From: an uncultured delta proteobacterium
GTDB taxonomy: Bacteria > Desulfobacterota > Binatia > Binatales > Binataceae
NCBI GenBank assembly: GCA_963724765.1
Contig: CAVRVY010000001.1
Coordinates: 1,216,001-1,280,000 of the forward strand
Length of the DNA stretch: 64,000 nt
Direction of reading: 5' to 3'
Below, piece after piece: positions 39,594-49,425 of this stretch. The position numbers were made by a program, and so were the translations under genes. The stretch's first letter is position 1, and each line of letters starts with the position of its first letter. Under the pieces are notes generated by a model, which was not told where the DNA came from, did not search any database, and saw only the letters and a program-made list of their open reading frames with translations.

Positions 39594-40439
39594 ATGCGCG
39601 CGTTGGGGGTTTATCGCGAGACCGAGTTCTCGCCGGGCAAGGTCGAGCACGACGCCGCAATTCTCGACGCGGTGATGGGGGAGCTCAAACGCCACGGTGT
39701 TGAGATCTCGGTCATTACCGCCGCGAGCTTTGTCGAGGGTCCCGCGGCAGGCGCCGACCTGGTGCTCGCGATGTGTCAGGGCGAGCGCGCGCTCGGAAGG
39801 CTGGTGGCGCTCGAGCAGCAGGGCGCGATCGCGGTCAATTCGGCGCTCGCGATTCGCAACTGCTACCGCGATCTCCTGTGCGCCGGCCTAGTCCACGCCA
39901 GGGTGCCCGTGCCGACCGGCGCGCTGGTCAGGACCGGGGCGCGCCCGCCGGATCTGTCGCCGCTAGGCGTGCTGGACCTCGATTCCCCGATGTTCGTCAA
40001 ACGCGGCGACCTGCATGCACTTGCGCCCGACGACGTGCAGCGGGTAGAAAGCCGAGGCGCCCTGCGTTCAGCATTGGCCGGGATGGCGCAGCGCGGAGTG
40101 CCGGTCGCGTACGTGCAGCAGGCGGTCGAGGGCAGGGTGGTAAAATTTTACGGCGTCAGCGGCGGCGAGTACTTCGCGGCGCTGGACGAAGAAAGCGCAA
40201 GCGGCGATAGGGAATCGATATCCGAGCAGGTGCGGCTCGAACTGGCCAGGAGCGCGGCGGCCGCTGCGGCCACGCTGGGGCTGGAGGCGTGGGGCGGCGA
40301 TGCGGTAATCGACGGCGATCGCTTTATGATGATCGACTTCAACGACTGGCCGAGCTTCAGCCGGGTGCGCGAGGCCGCTGCCCGCGCGATTGCGCGACGC
40401 TGCCTGATGCTTGCGCGCCGGCCGCGCCCGGGCGTCTGA
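39594..40439 (+). CDS. ATP-grasp-like protein
   Basis: FSP..DAAIL, VKRGD, QQAVEG.VKFYGV, GGD, IDFNDWPSF motifs. Confidence 0.75.
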   Translation: MRALGVYRETEFSPGKVEHDAAILDAVMGELKRHGVEISVITAASFVEGPAAGADLVLAMCQGERALGRLVALEQQGAIAVNSALAIRNCYRDLLCAGLVHARVPVPTGALVRTGARPPDLSPLGVLDLDSPMFVKRGDLHALAPDDVQRVESRGALRSALAGMAQRGVPVAYVQQAVEGRVVKFYGVSGGEYFAALDEESASGDRESISEQVRLELARSAAAAAATLGLEAWGGDAVIDGDRFMMIDFNDWPSFSRVREAAARAIARRCLMLARRPRPGV

Positions 40440-40476
40440 GCCATACTTTTCCAGGAGATCCCTCGCAGGCCCCAGC

Positions 40477-41979
40477 ATGAGCAAACCGCAAACGCCAACG
40501 CCGCCGATATCCGGCGGATCGAAAGTTACAGACGGACTCCAAGGCGCCAACGGATCCGAGACCGTCAATGAGGTCACGGCCGCCAATGGCTCCGCGATCG
40601 CCACTGGATCGCCGGCCGCCCGCGGGCCCGGTCTCCAGCCGAAAATCACCACCGCGGTTCCCGGACCAAATTCGCGCGCGTTGTTCGCCGACGAGCAGAG
40701 CCATATCGCACCCGGCCGCCAGCGTATCTCGCTCCTTACCGGCCTCGCGTTCGATCATGGCGAGGGGGCGACGCTCACCGACGTCGACGGCAACGTGTTC
40801 GTCGATTTTTTCGCCGGGGTCGCGGTCGCGAGCCTCGGCCATGGTCATCCGGCACTGGCGCAGGCGCTCTCGCGCCAGGCCTCGCGGCTCATCGTCGGCA
40901 CCTTCGCCACGCCCGAGCGCGCGGAGGCCTTCAGGATGCTCGGTGAGGCCGCGCCCGCCGGACTCAATCGCGCCCATCTGTATAGCGGAGGTGCCGAGGC
41001 AGTTGAGGCAGCGCTCAGGCTCGCGCGCTCGAAGACCAAACGACACGAGGTGTTGAGCTTCTGGGGCGGCTTTCACGGCAAGACCGGCGGCGTGATCGGG
41101 CTTATCGGCGACGAGTCCAAGCAGGGCTACGGCCCGCTCCCCGGCGGCCAGTACATCGTGCCGTATGCCGACTGTTATCGATGCCCATTCAAGCTGGAAT
41201 ATCCCGAGTGCGGGATGTACTGCGTGGACTTCGCCCGCCAGCAGCTCAAGCACAGCTCGGCGGGGGCGCTGGCGGCCGTCATAGTCGAGCCGATGCAGGG
41301 AACGGCGGGCAACGTGATTCCGCCCGACGACTACCTGCCGGCGGTAAAACAACTCGCGCACGACCACGGCGCGATGCTCGTCGCGGATGAAATGATCACC
41401 GGCTTCGGCCGCACCGGACGGATGTGGGGAATCGAGCACAGCGGCGTCGCGCCCGACATCATGACCATCGGCAAGGGGATGGGCTCGGGCTTCCCGGTCT
41501 CCGGCGTGCTGCTCAGCGATGAGCTCGGACGAAGCGAGCCGTTTGGCAAGCCGAGCGCGTCGTCGTCGAGCTACGGCGGCAATCCCCTGGCTGCGGTGGC
41601 GGTCGCCGAAACGCTGCGCACGATCAAGCGCGAGGGCCTGATTGAAAATTCCGCCGTCGTCGGCGCGTTCATGCTCGAGCGCCTGATGCGGCTAAAAGAG
41701 AAATACGAATTCGTCGGCGACGTGCGCGGCAAGGGCCTGCTGATCGGGCTTGATTTGGTGCGCGATCGCAAGTCCAAGGAGATGCTCGGCCGTTCGGTAA
41801 CCGAGACCATCTTCACGGAGGCGCTGAGGCGCGGCCTCCTGGTGATGGGCTATTTCCCGCGCATGCGGATCAATCCGCCGCTGGTCATCACGCGCGAGCA
41901 GGCCGAAGCGGGGGTGGAAATCCTCGATGAGGTTTTCGCCCACGTCCGCGATCATCTTGACTGGCGCGCCGCTCCCTAG
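40477..41979 (+). CDS. Class III PLP aminotransferase
   Basis: DVDGN, SGGAEAVE, FHGKT, EPMQG, DEMITGFGRTG, PDIMTIGKG motifs. Confidence 0.92.
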   Translation: MSKPQTPTPPISGGSKVTDGLQGANGSETVNEVTAANGSAIATGSPAARGPGLQPKITTAVPGPNSRALFADEQSHIAPGRQRISLLTGLAFDHGEGATLTDVDGNVFVDFFAGVAVASLGHGHPALAQALSRQASRLIVGTFATPERAEAFRMLGEAAPAGLNRAHLYSGGAEAVEAALRLARSKTKRHEVLSFWGGFHGKTGGVIGLIGDESKQGYGPLPGGQYIVPYADCYRCPFKLEYPECGMYCVDFARQQLKHSSAGALAAVIVEPMQGTAGNVIPPDDYLPAVKQLAHDHGAMLVADEMITGFGRTGRMWGIEHSGVAPDIMTIGKGMGSGFPVSGVLLSDELGRSEPFGKPSASSSSYGGNPLAAVAVAETLRTIKREGLIENSAVVGAFMLERLMRLKEKYEFVGDVRGKGLLIGLDLVRDRKSKEMLGRSVTETIFTEALRRGLLVMGYFPRMRINPPLVITREQAEAGVEILDEVFAHVRDHLDWRAAP

Positions 41980-42000
41980 GTCACACGGAAAGAGTCGGCA

Positions 42001-42477
42001 ATGGCTGAAGACGCCGGAAATCGTGGACTGTTCTGCGACTTGGCAGGGACGCTGGTGAAGATGGATGACACCCGCCAGCTTCCGCTGGGCGCCGACGGAA
42101 AAATCGTGGTCGAGCTGCTGCCCGGCGTGGCCGCCAAGCTCAGCCCGATACGCGATCATCTGATCTTTGTCGTCACCAACCAGGCTGGAATCGCGCGCGG
42201 GCGGCTCAGCCTCGAGCAGGTCGAAGCCGCAATCGGCGAGTTCGATCGCCAGCTCGGCGACATCCTGACCGGATGGCAGATCTGTCCTCACGACGACGCC
42301 GACCGATGCGCGTGCCGCAAGCCCAAGGGCGGGATGCTGACCGAGTTGGGCGCGATCTATGGCGTGGATATGGCGGGCTCGACGATGGTCGGTGACCAGG
42401 AAGTCGACGCCGCGGCGGCGCGCGCGGCGGGCGTCGGCCAATTCGTCTGGGCGCATGATTTCTTCGGCTGGAAATAG
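42001..42477 (+). CDS. HAD-IIIA hydrolase (GmhB/histidinol phosphatase-like)
   Basis: VTNQAG, CPH...CACRKP, MVGD motifs; motif I reads DLAGT. Confidence 0.85.
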   Translation: MAEDAGNRGLFCDLAGTLVKMDDTRQLPLGADGKIVVELLPGVAAKLSPIRDHLIFVVTNQAGIARGRLSLEQVEAAIGEFDRQLGDILTGWQICPHDDADRCACRKPKGGMLTELGAIYGVDMAGSTMVGDQEVDAAAARAAGVGQFVWAHDFFGWK

Positions 42478-42640
42478 CCGGCGTCAGCCGCCTCGCGGGA
42501 CTTTTCGGACCGCTTGCACGTCGCTCGGCAAGCTGAACTTGACCGCCGCGATGAAAGCCGACACATTAATCTACGTGAATTGACGGTGCGCAGCCGGGGC
42601 CGGCGATGATTCGATGCAGCCCCTATCCAGATCAGATCCA

Positions 42641-42973
42641 ATGAATCGTGGGCGAACGCATCGTCGAAGCTGGATACGGACGATAGCCGGTATCGGCGCG
42701 GTTATACTGCTCGTCGCGCAGACCGTCGGCATTGCGCATTTCCATCCGCTCCCCTCCCAGCAAAAATACGTCGCGAGTGCTGCCGTCAGCGTTGACGACG
42801 GCCTTTGCGCGCTCTGTCTAGTCCGTTTCCACAGCCCGGCCGCCGTCATCGTGGCGCGTCATCCGACGGCGCTGATGCTGGCGGAACTGACCGCTCATAG
42901 CGCGGCTAGTACGGAGCCGCATTCTTCGTATCGATCGCATTGCTTCGGCCGGGCTCCGCCCGCGTCAGTCTGA
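42641..42973 (+). CDS. DUF2946/CruR-like leader protein
   Basis: TM segment, HxH, CALC (CxxC) and C-terminal RAPP; lies directly upstream of the TonB-dependent receptor. Confidence 0.75.
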   Translation: MNRGRTHRRSWIRTIAGIGAVILLVAQTVGIAHFHPLPSQQKYVASAAVSVDDGLCALCLVRFHSPAAVIVARHPTALMLAELTAHSAASTEPHSSYRSHCFGRAPPASV

Positions 42974-43179
42974 ACTCCCCCCGTTTCGCAAAGTCGAAGA
43001 GTCGATGCGCGTGGGTTTTTTGGCCACGCGCGGCGCCGCGCGGCGAGATTATGGCGGCGCAGTGCTTTGCATTGGAGAAGTACGCGATGCGATCAATTCC
43101 ATCGACGCATGGCTTGGCCGTGCGGATGTCACGTGGCCATGGGGCCGCGCGGGATGAGATTTATACGGAGGAGTTCAAG

Positions 43180-45591
43180 ATGCGGAGCAGAATGCGAAGG
43201 TTAGTAGGAACGGCAATCGCGCTGCTGGCAATAACTTTTATCTTCATGCCGCTGGCCCAAGCAGCGGGCATGGGTGGGCGGCAAAATGTCACCGGTACAG
43301 TCAAAGATGCGCTGGGTCGGCCGCTGGCCGATACGAAATTGGTTTTAGAGGCCGCGGATGGTCATATTCTAGCGCGAACGCGGAGCGGTCAGGACGGCAA
43401 CTTCGAGTTCCGCGACGTGCCCAATGGCACGTATGCGATAGCGGCGAACAAGGATGGTTTCACGACCGGCACCTCGATTGTGGCGGTGAAGTCCCAGGGG
43501 GTCGCTAATCTCGACATCGCTCTTCAGTCTAAAACCGCGCTGAGTCTCCGGGTGGCGACTACCAGGATCAATCCCCAGCCCAACGCCATCTCGGAAACGG
43601 GCAACAGCCAGTATACGCTGACCGAGCATAACATCGAATCCCTTCCGCAAGGTGTTAACACCCCGATTAACGAAGTGCTTCTTCAGATGCCTGGAGTAGT
43701 TCAGGACGACGAAGCACAGGTTCATGTCGACGGTGAGCATGAAGACCTTCAGTGGCGCGTCAACGGGGTCATGATGCCGATGGATAGCTTCACGGGATTC
43801 GGCCAGATCTTCAACAGCTTTTTCGTGAAGAGCGTGAGCTTGGTCGATGGAATCCTACCGGTCACCTACGGCTTCCGGGACGCCGGCGTGCTCGACATGG
43901 TGACTAAAGACGGCTGCTCCAACCCTGGAGGGAACGTGGGATTCTATGGCGGGCAGCGGGAATGGGTGCAACCGAGCTTCGAGTATGGTGGATGTGACGG
44001 ACCGCTAAGCTACTACGTCACCGGGACATGGCTTCACAACAATTTGGCTTTCAGTTCGGCCACGCCTGGCCCGACCCCAATCCACAACATTACGAACCAA
44101 GGTCAGTTTTTCGGTAACTACACCTACGAGATCAGCCCGCTCACCAAGTTGAGCTTGATTACCGGCGTTTCGGTCAACAACAGTCAGTATCCTACTTCGC
44201 CTGGGCTTCCGCCACTCTTCCAGCTCGCCGGAGTAAATCCCGCCAGCTTCCCCTCAACCGATATCGCCGAGAATCTCGACCAGGACTACTACTTCGGAGT
44301 GCTCGCGCTGACCGGCGTAATCGGCCCAGACATCAACTATCAGGTCGCTTACACGGGCGCCTACAGCATGATCCAGTTCAGTCCGGATCCGATCGGCGAC
44401 TTGATCTATGAAGGCGGCGCCTCGAACTCCTTCCGCAGCGAATTCGACAACTCACTCCAGGCGGACCTGTCCCGCCAGTTTGACTGGCCCCACTTCGGCT
44501 CGCACAACATCGGTACCGGCTTCTATCTCGGATATTATGGGGTTGAGGCGGACGACACCACGCTGGCATTTCCGGTAAACTCGCAGGGACAGCAGACCAG
44601 CAATGTTCCAATCAGCATCACTGATAACCTGAACAACATAAACATGCTCTATGGCGTGTATCTACAGGACATCTGGTCAATCAACGAGAAATTGACCCTG
44701 ACCACCGGTGTCCGCTGGGACGGCGTAAGCGGGATCATCAACAACAATATGGTTAGCCCGCGGATCAACTTACTATACAAGATCAATCCGGATACGGCGT
44801 TACACGCCGGGTTTGCGCGCTACTTTCAGACGCCTGATTTTGCGACGATCTCGCAACAGAGCTTCGCGCTCTTCCAGAATACCACGGCCGCGGTCGGACA
44901 GGGCGGACTGCAGCCGTATCCCGAGAAGGACTATTACTGGGATGCGGGCGTGCTGCATCACTTTGGGTCTCATCTGACCGTGACGGAGAACGCCTACTTC
45001 CGTCTCTCGCAGGACCTGATCGATTTAGGGCAATTCGGCTTTGTGCCGATTTTCGAACCCTTCAACTATGAACATGGACGGATTTGGGGGTCAGAATTCA
45101 GCGCTACTTACAATTGGGGAGACCTGAGTTTCCGCGGGAACTTCACCTACTCGGTGGCGCAGGGTAATAACGTTGTGAGCGGCCAGTTCAACTTCACGCC
45201 CGCGGAAGTTGCGTATATCAAAAATCACTACATTTTCCTCGATCATACCCAGCAGTACACCGCCTCTGGAGGAATTACTTACCATTGGAAGAGCTACCTT
45301 TTCAGCATGGATGGCGTCTTTGGAAGTGGCCTGCGTTCTGGCTTCGCCAATACCGACGAACTCGGGGAGAACTTTCAAATTAACCTGGCGGCGGAGAAGG
45401 CCTGGCAGGTGCCGAAGGTCGGTGAAGTCAAGACCCGCGTGGTGCTCATCAACGCCACTGATAATATCAACGAGCTCCGCAATGGCACCGGTATCGGAAT
45501 ATTCGAACCCGGCTATGGCCCACGCCGAGCGGTTTACGGTGGGATCACAGTGCCGCTGCCGCCGATCGGGGGATCGAGGGGAACTCCATGA
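43180..45591 (+). CDS. TonB-dependent receptor with N-terminal carboxypeptidase-regulatory-like domain
   Basis: GGAGGAG SD, signal peptide, plug domain (QMPGV, VNG, YG), SPR and PE barrel motifs. Confidence 0.9.
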   Translation: MRSRMRRLVGTAIALLAITFIFMPLAQAAGMGGRQNVTGTVKDALGRPLADTKLVLEAADGHILARTRSGQDGNFEFRDVPNGTYAIAANKDGFTTGTSIVAVKSQGVANLDIALQSKTALSLRVATTRINPQPNAISETGNSQYTLTEHNIESLPQGVNTPINEVLLQMPGVVQDDEAQVHVDGEHEDLQWRVNGVMMPMDSFTGFGQIFNSFFVKSVSLVDGILPVTYGFRDAGVLDMVTKDGCSNPGGNVGFYGGQREWVQPSFEYGGCDGPLSYYVTGTWLHNNLAFSSATPGPTPIHNITNQGQFFGNYTYEISPLTKLSLITGVSVNNSQYPTSPGLPPLFQLAGVNPASFPSTDIAENLDQDYYFGVLALTGVIGPDINYQVAYTGAYSMIQFSPDPIGDLIYEGGASNSFRSEFDNSLQADLSRQFDWPHFGSHNIGTGFYLGYYGVEADDTTLAFPVNSQGQQTSNVPISITDNLNNINMLYGVYLQDIWSINEKLTLTTGVRWDGVSGIINNNMVSPRINLLYKINPDTALHAGFARYFQTPDFATISQQSFALFQNTTAAVGQGGLQPYPEKDYYWDAGVLHHFGSHLTVTENAYFRLSQDLIDLGQFGFVPIFEPFNYEHGRIWGSEFSATYNWGDLSFRGNFTYSVAQGNNVVSGQFNFTPAEVAYIKNHYIFLDHTQQYTASGGITYHWKSYLFSMDGVFGSGLRSGFANTDELGENFQINLAAEKAWQVPKVGEVKTRVVLINATDNINELRNGTGIGIFEPGYGPRRAVYGGITVPLPPIGGSRGTP

Positions 45592-45741
45592 GCTCTGCTG
45601 ACGCTGTTGATGGGATGAGCCGGACATTTATTTGAGCAGGCCCTGATAATTGCCCAAGATGGTATTTTGGATTCAAGCGGACGGCCGAGCCGGAAATATC
45701 CATTTGCGCCGATCAAAGGGCGCCTTTGCTAGGAGCTGACG

Positions 45742-46434
45742 ATGAGTGAACTCAGGAGTGCCCTGAATGAACTGCAATACGGCGGCGCGATGGTATATCC
45801 GCTGCTGTTTCTCGGAATTGTCGCCGTGCTGATCATTCTCGACCGCGCGGTGGCTTACTACCGATCCCTGCGATTGCCGCGCCCGTTGGCGGAGCTGGTA
45901 GAGACCTATGGCTTTTCCTGGGATGAATTGGATCGGCAACTTGCGGCGCTCGCGCCAGTGAATGTTTACCGGCGCTTCTTCGAAGTGATTAGCGACAATC
46001 GCAACAAGCCTGCATGGTGGGTCGAATCGCGCGCCGGTGACGAAGCGGGCGATATCGAGAAGAGCCTCAGCCGCGGCCTGTGGATACTGGAGACCGTGGT
46101 TACCGCCGCGCCATTGCTGGGCTTGCTCGGCACCATCACCGGCATGATGCAGGCCTTCAAGGTGATCGGAGGATCGGGGCTGGTCGCGCCGACGCAGGTG
46201 ACCTCGGGCGTGGCGCAGGCGCTGATCTCGACGGCGCTAGGCCTTCTGATCGCACTCTTCGCGCTGTTCGGGTTTAACTTTTTCGCACGCACGCAGTCGC
46301 AGACGCTCGATCATCTGGAGCGCCTGGGGTCGAAGCTGATTGACCATATCCGCCTGGATGAGGAAACCGGGGAAAAGGAAGCCGCTGCCAACGTGACCCC
46401 GCTCACGCCGCGAGAGGGAAGGGGCATCCGATGA
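45742..46434 (+). CDS. exbB: MotA/TolQ/ExbB proton channel
   Basis: APLLGLLGTITGMM, AL..TA.GL motifs. Confidence 0.9.
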   Translation: MSELRSALNELQYGGAMVYPLLFLGIVAVLIILDRAVAYYRSLRLPRPLAELVETYGFSWDELDRQLAALAPVNVYRRFFEVISDNRNKPAWWVESRAGDEAGDIEKSLSRGLWILETVVTAAPLLGLLGTITGMMQAFKVIGGSGLVAPTQVTSGVAQALISTALGLLIALFALFGFNFFARTQSQTLDHLERLGSKLIDHIRLDEETGEKEAAANVTPLTPREGRGIR

Positions 46435-46832
46435 AGCTGCGCAAGGGCCGAGGCTATCGGCGGGGCCGAATCGAGATCATCCCGATGATCGACGTGATGT
46501 TTTTTTTGCTGGTGACCTTCATGCTGGCGTCGCTGTCGATGCAGAGTCTGAACTCGATCACGGTCAATCTTCCGCAGGGCGACGCGCCCAACCTGCAGCA
46601 CAAGGAGCCGGTCGCACTGACTATTACGAAGGATAGTAAGATATTTCTCGACAAGACTCCGACCACGCTTACTACGATGGCATTCACTCTGAAGAGCATG
46701 CTGCAAGGACAGGATCAGGGAGTGGTGGTCAACGCGGACGGCGCCGCGCCCGAAGGTATCGTGGTGGAGGCAATGCTCCAGGCGCGCCGGGCTGGAGTGG
46801 AGCACTTTCTGATCGCGGTCAAGCGCGAATGA
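46431..46832 (+). CDS. exbD: Biopolymer transporter ExbD
   Basis: IIPMIDVMFFLLVTFM, VNLP, NAD motifs. Confidence 0.92.
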   Translation: MKLRKGRGYRRGRIEIIPMIDVMFFLLVTFMLASLSMQSLNSITVNLPQGDAPNLQHKEPVALTITKDSKIFLDKTPTTLTTMAFTLKSMLQGQDQGVVVNADGAAPEGIVVEAMLQARRAGVEHFLIAVKRE

Positions 46833-47569
46833 ACGGTACGGTTCAAACAGCTTCGCCGTTCCTGGACGAACCCTGGCGGCGGCTGGCCTGGATCGCGCCG
46901 CTATCGATCGCCATCTGGGCCGCGATATTGCTGGCTTTCGCGCTTGTACTCAAGCAAACGGCGCCGCCCTTGCCCGAACTCAAGCCGATCGAGGCACGGA
47001 TCGTCGAGTTGCCGCCTGCGGTCGGTTTGCAAGGCGGCCCGGCCGCCGCCCCGCATCCGGTTGCGCCTGCGCCACCCAAACCCAAGCCTAAGCTCGAAGT
47101 CCGGCGCAAAGTGATTGTGCCGGTGCATCCGCATAAGGAGAGAATCATCCCGGAAGCTCCGCCGTCGGTCGCCGGGACGCGAAAGGAAGCGCCCGCGGAA
47201 TCGAGCGCCAGCACCAGGAGCGCGGCGACCGGCGCGAGTACCGAAAGTGGCAGCGTGCAGGGGAAAGAAGGCAGCGGCAGCGGATCGGGGCTTGGCAGCG
47301 ACAGTCTCGGTGCGCGGGCGATCTATTCGCCCGTGCCGAAGATTCCGGATGAGTTGCGCGAGACCGCATTCCAGGCGGTGGCGGTGGCGCACTTCGAGGT
47401 CTCTTACGACGGAAATGTGAAAGTGACGCTGGCCAAGCCGACCGCGGATCCGCGGCTCAACCAGATTCTGATCAGCACGCTTGAGCAGTGGCGTTTCTTT
47501 CCCGCGATGAAGGGTGGAGTGGCGATCGATTCAGCCTTCGACGTGCGAATTCCGATAAGCGTTCAGTGA
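46829..47569 (+). CDS. tonB: Energy transducer TonB
   Basis: TM anchor, Pro/Lys-rich linker, WRFFPA C-terminal domain. Confidence 0.85.
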   Translation: MNGTVQTASPFLDEPWRRLAWIAPLSIAIWAAILLAFALVLKQTAPPLPELKPIEARIVELPPAVGLQGGPAAAPHPVAPAPPKPKPKLEVRRKVIVPVHPHKERIIPEAPPSVAGTRKEAPAESSASTRSAATGASTESGSVQGKEGSGSGSGLGSDSLGARAIYSPVPKIPDELRETAFQAVAVAHFEVSYDGNVKVTLAKPTADPRLNQILISTLEQWRFFPAMKGGVAIDSAFDVRIPISVQ

Positions 47570-47621
47570 TCCCAAGCCTCTTCCACTTCAGGGTCTTGAT
47601 AAAGCTCCCATATGCAGTACG

Positions 47622-48356
47622 GTGACCGACCGTATGCGATTCATGCCGATAGTCATGGCTTCGGTAACGCTAATCTCGACCGGGCTTGGCGGAATGGCCG
47701 CCCTGCGGTTTCGCGATCGTCTTCATCTTCTGCTCGGATTCAGTGCGGGGGCGGTAATGGCGGTGGCCCTCTTCGATATATTGCCGGAGGTCTTTGCGCT
47801 CGACGGTGGCTCCTCGTACATGCCATTCGCCGCGGCAGGATTTCTGGCCTTCTTCGGGTTGGAGCGCTACACGGCGCTCCACCGCTCGCGTGAGCACGTA
47901 CACACCGCGATCGTTCACGAGCAGGAACTTGGCGCGCTGTCCGCGGCCGGATTGACGTTTCACAGCTTCCTCGACGGCGTCGCTATCGGAGTGGGCTTTC
48001 AGACCAGCACGAGAATCGGACTGCTGATCGCGCTCGGAATAATCGTGCATGATCTCAGCGACGGCCTGAACACGGTGACCGTCGTTTTGGCCCATGGTAA
48101 TCCGCGCAGGCGCGCGATGTTCTGGCTCGCGGCGGACATGATCGCGCCGGTTCTGGGCGCCGCTACCGCGCTCCTCATAAATCTGCACGGACTGCTGCCG
48201 TGGATCCTTGCGTTCTTCGCGGGGTCGTTTCTTTACATCGGAGCCTCGGATCTCCTGCCGGAAGCGAAAGAGCACGATTCGCCATGGGTCGGCGTGGCCA
48301 CGGCCATCGGCATGCTGGTAATTTATCTGGCTACCCGAATGCTCCGAAGACTATGA
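47622..48356 (+). CDS. ZIP family metal transporter
   Basis: HSFLDG, HDLSDG, GSFLYI..DLLPE motifs and a His-containing loop. Confidence 0.9.
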   Translation: MTDRMRFMPIVMASVTLISTGLGGMAALRFRDRLHLLLGFSAGAVMAVALFDILPEVFALDGGSSYMPFAAAGFLAFFGLERYTALHRSREHVHTAIVHEQELGALSAAGLTFHSFLDGVAIGVGFQTSTRIGLLIALGIIVHDLSDGLNTVTVVLAHGNPRRRAMFWLAADMIAPVLGAATALLINLHGLLPWILAFFAGSFLYIGASDLLPEAKEHDSPWVGVATAIGMLVIYLATRMLRRL

Positions 48357-48430
48357 TCTAGTTGTTTGACCAGAGCCTGCTTCGATCTTCACGTGCCGAA
48401 TTCCGATAAACGTTCGGTGAGCGAATTCTC

Positions 48431-48455
48431 CGGCTGGCATTCGCAGCCGCTTTTT
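48431..48455 (+). terminator. Probable intrinsic terminator
   Basis: CGGCTG-loop-CAGCCG followed by CTTTTT. Confidence 0.55.
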
Positions 48456-48522
48456 GACAGAAATCGGCCTGGGGCGAGGCGCCCCTTCGCGTCTCTCATC
48501 TGACAACGCAGGAGGTGACAGC

Positions 48523-49380
48523 ATGAAGATTGGATTGCTGATGCCGTTTACCGAGGATACCGCTAATCCGGCAGACTTTTGCCGAGCCGCCGAGGCGTTG
48601 GGTTTCGAATCGATGTGGGTGCCCGAGCATCCGATTCTCCCTGCCAATCCCAAGACTCCGTTCCCGCAGGGCGGGCCGATTCCGCCCGTCTACTCGCACA
48701 TGGGCGATCAGTTCGTCGCGCTCAGCATGGCCGCCGCCGCGACCAGGAAACTGAAGCTCGCCACCGGCATCTGTCTGGTGCCCGAGCACAACCCGATGAT
48801 CCTTGCCAAGCAGATCGGCAGCCTCGACAACTTCTCGGGCGGCCGCTTCATCTTCGGCATCGGGGCCGGCTGGCTGCGCGAAGAAACCGAACTGCTCGGC
48901 GGCGACTTTCCGCACCGCTGGACGCAGACCGCCGAATACGTTGCCGCGATGCGCGCGCTCTGGACCAAGGGCGAAGCGTCGTTCGAGGGAAAGTACGTCA
49001 AGTTTCCCGCCATCCGATCCTATCCGCGCCCCGCGCAGCCGGCCGGCCCGCCGGTGTTGCTTGGCAGCCGCGACAAGAATGCGCTCAAGCGCGTCGCCAA
49101 GTGGGGCGACGGATGGTGCCCGATTCGCATCAGTGTCGACGAGATGAAACAGGCGACTGCGGAATTACGCGAGGAGTGCCATAAGGCGGCCCGCGAATAT
49201 GGCCGGCTCGATCTCACTGTGATGGGCTCGGTGGGCGACGAGCGCGCCAAGGTCCAGGACGAACTCGGCAGGTACGGGGCGCTCGGCGTCGGCCGCTTCG
49301 TGATCGCGCTGGTCGCCGGCGCGCTCGGTCCGGATAAGTACGCGCCGGAACTCGAGCGGCTGGCGAAAGCCTACCTCTAA
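48523..49380 (+). CDS. LLM-class (probably F420-dependent) oxidoreductase
   Basis: GFESMWVPEH, LDNFSGGR..FGIGAGW, GDGW motifs; GGAGGTG SD. Confidence 0.88.
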   Translation: MKIGLLMPFTEDTANPADFCRAAEALGFESMWVPEHPILPANPKTPFPQGGPIPPVYSHMGDQFVALSMAAAATRKLKLATGICLVPEHNPMILAKQIGSLDNFSGGRFIFGIGAGWLREETELLGGDFPHRWTQTAEYVAAMRALWTKGEASFEGKYVKFPAIRSYPRPAQPAGPPVLLGSRDKNALKRVAKWGDGWCPIRISVDEMKQATAELREECHKAAREYGRLDLTVMGSVGDERAKVQDELGRYGALGVGRFVIALVAGALGPDKYAPELERLAKAYL

Positions 49381-49425
49381 CGGATCGGCGGGATCTGCGT
49401 GATCTGAAGGATTGCCTGGCTGAGG

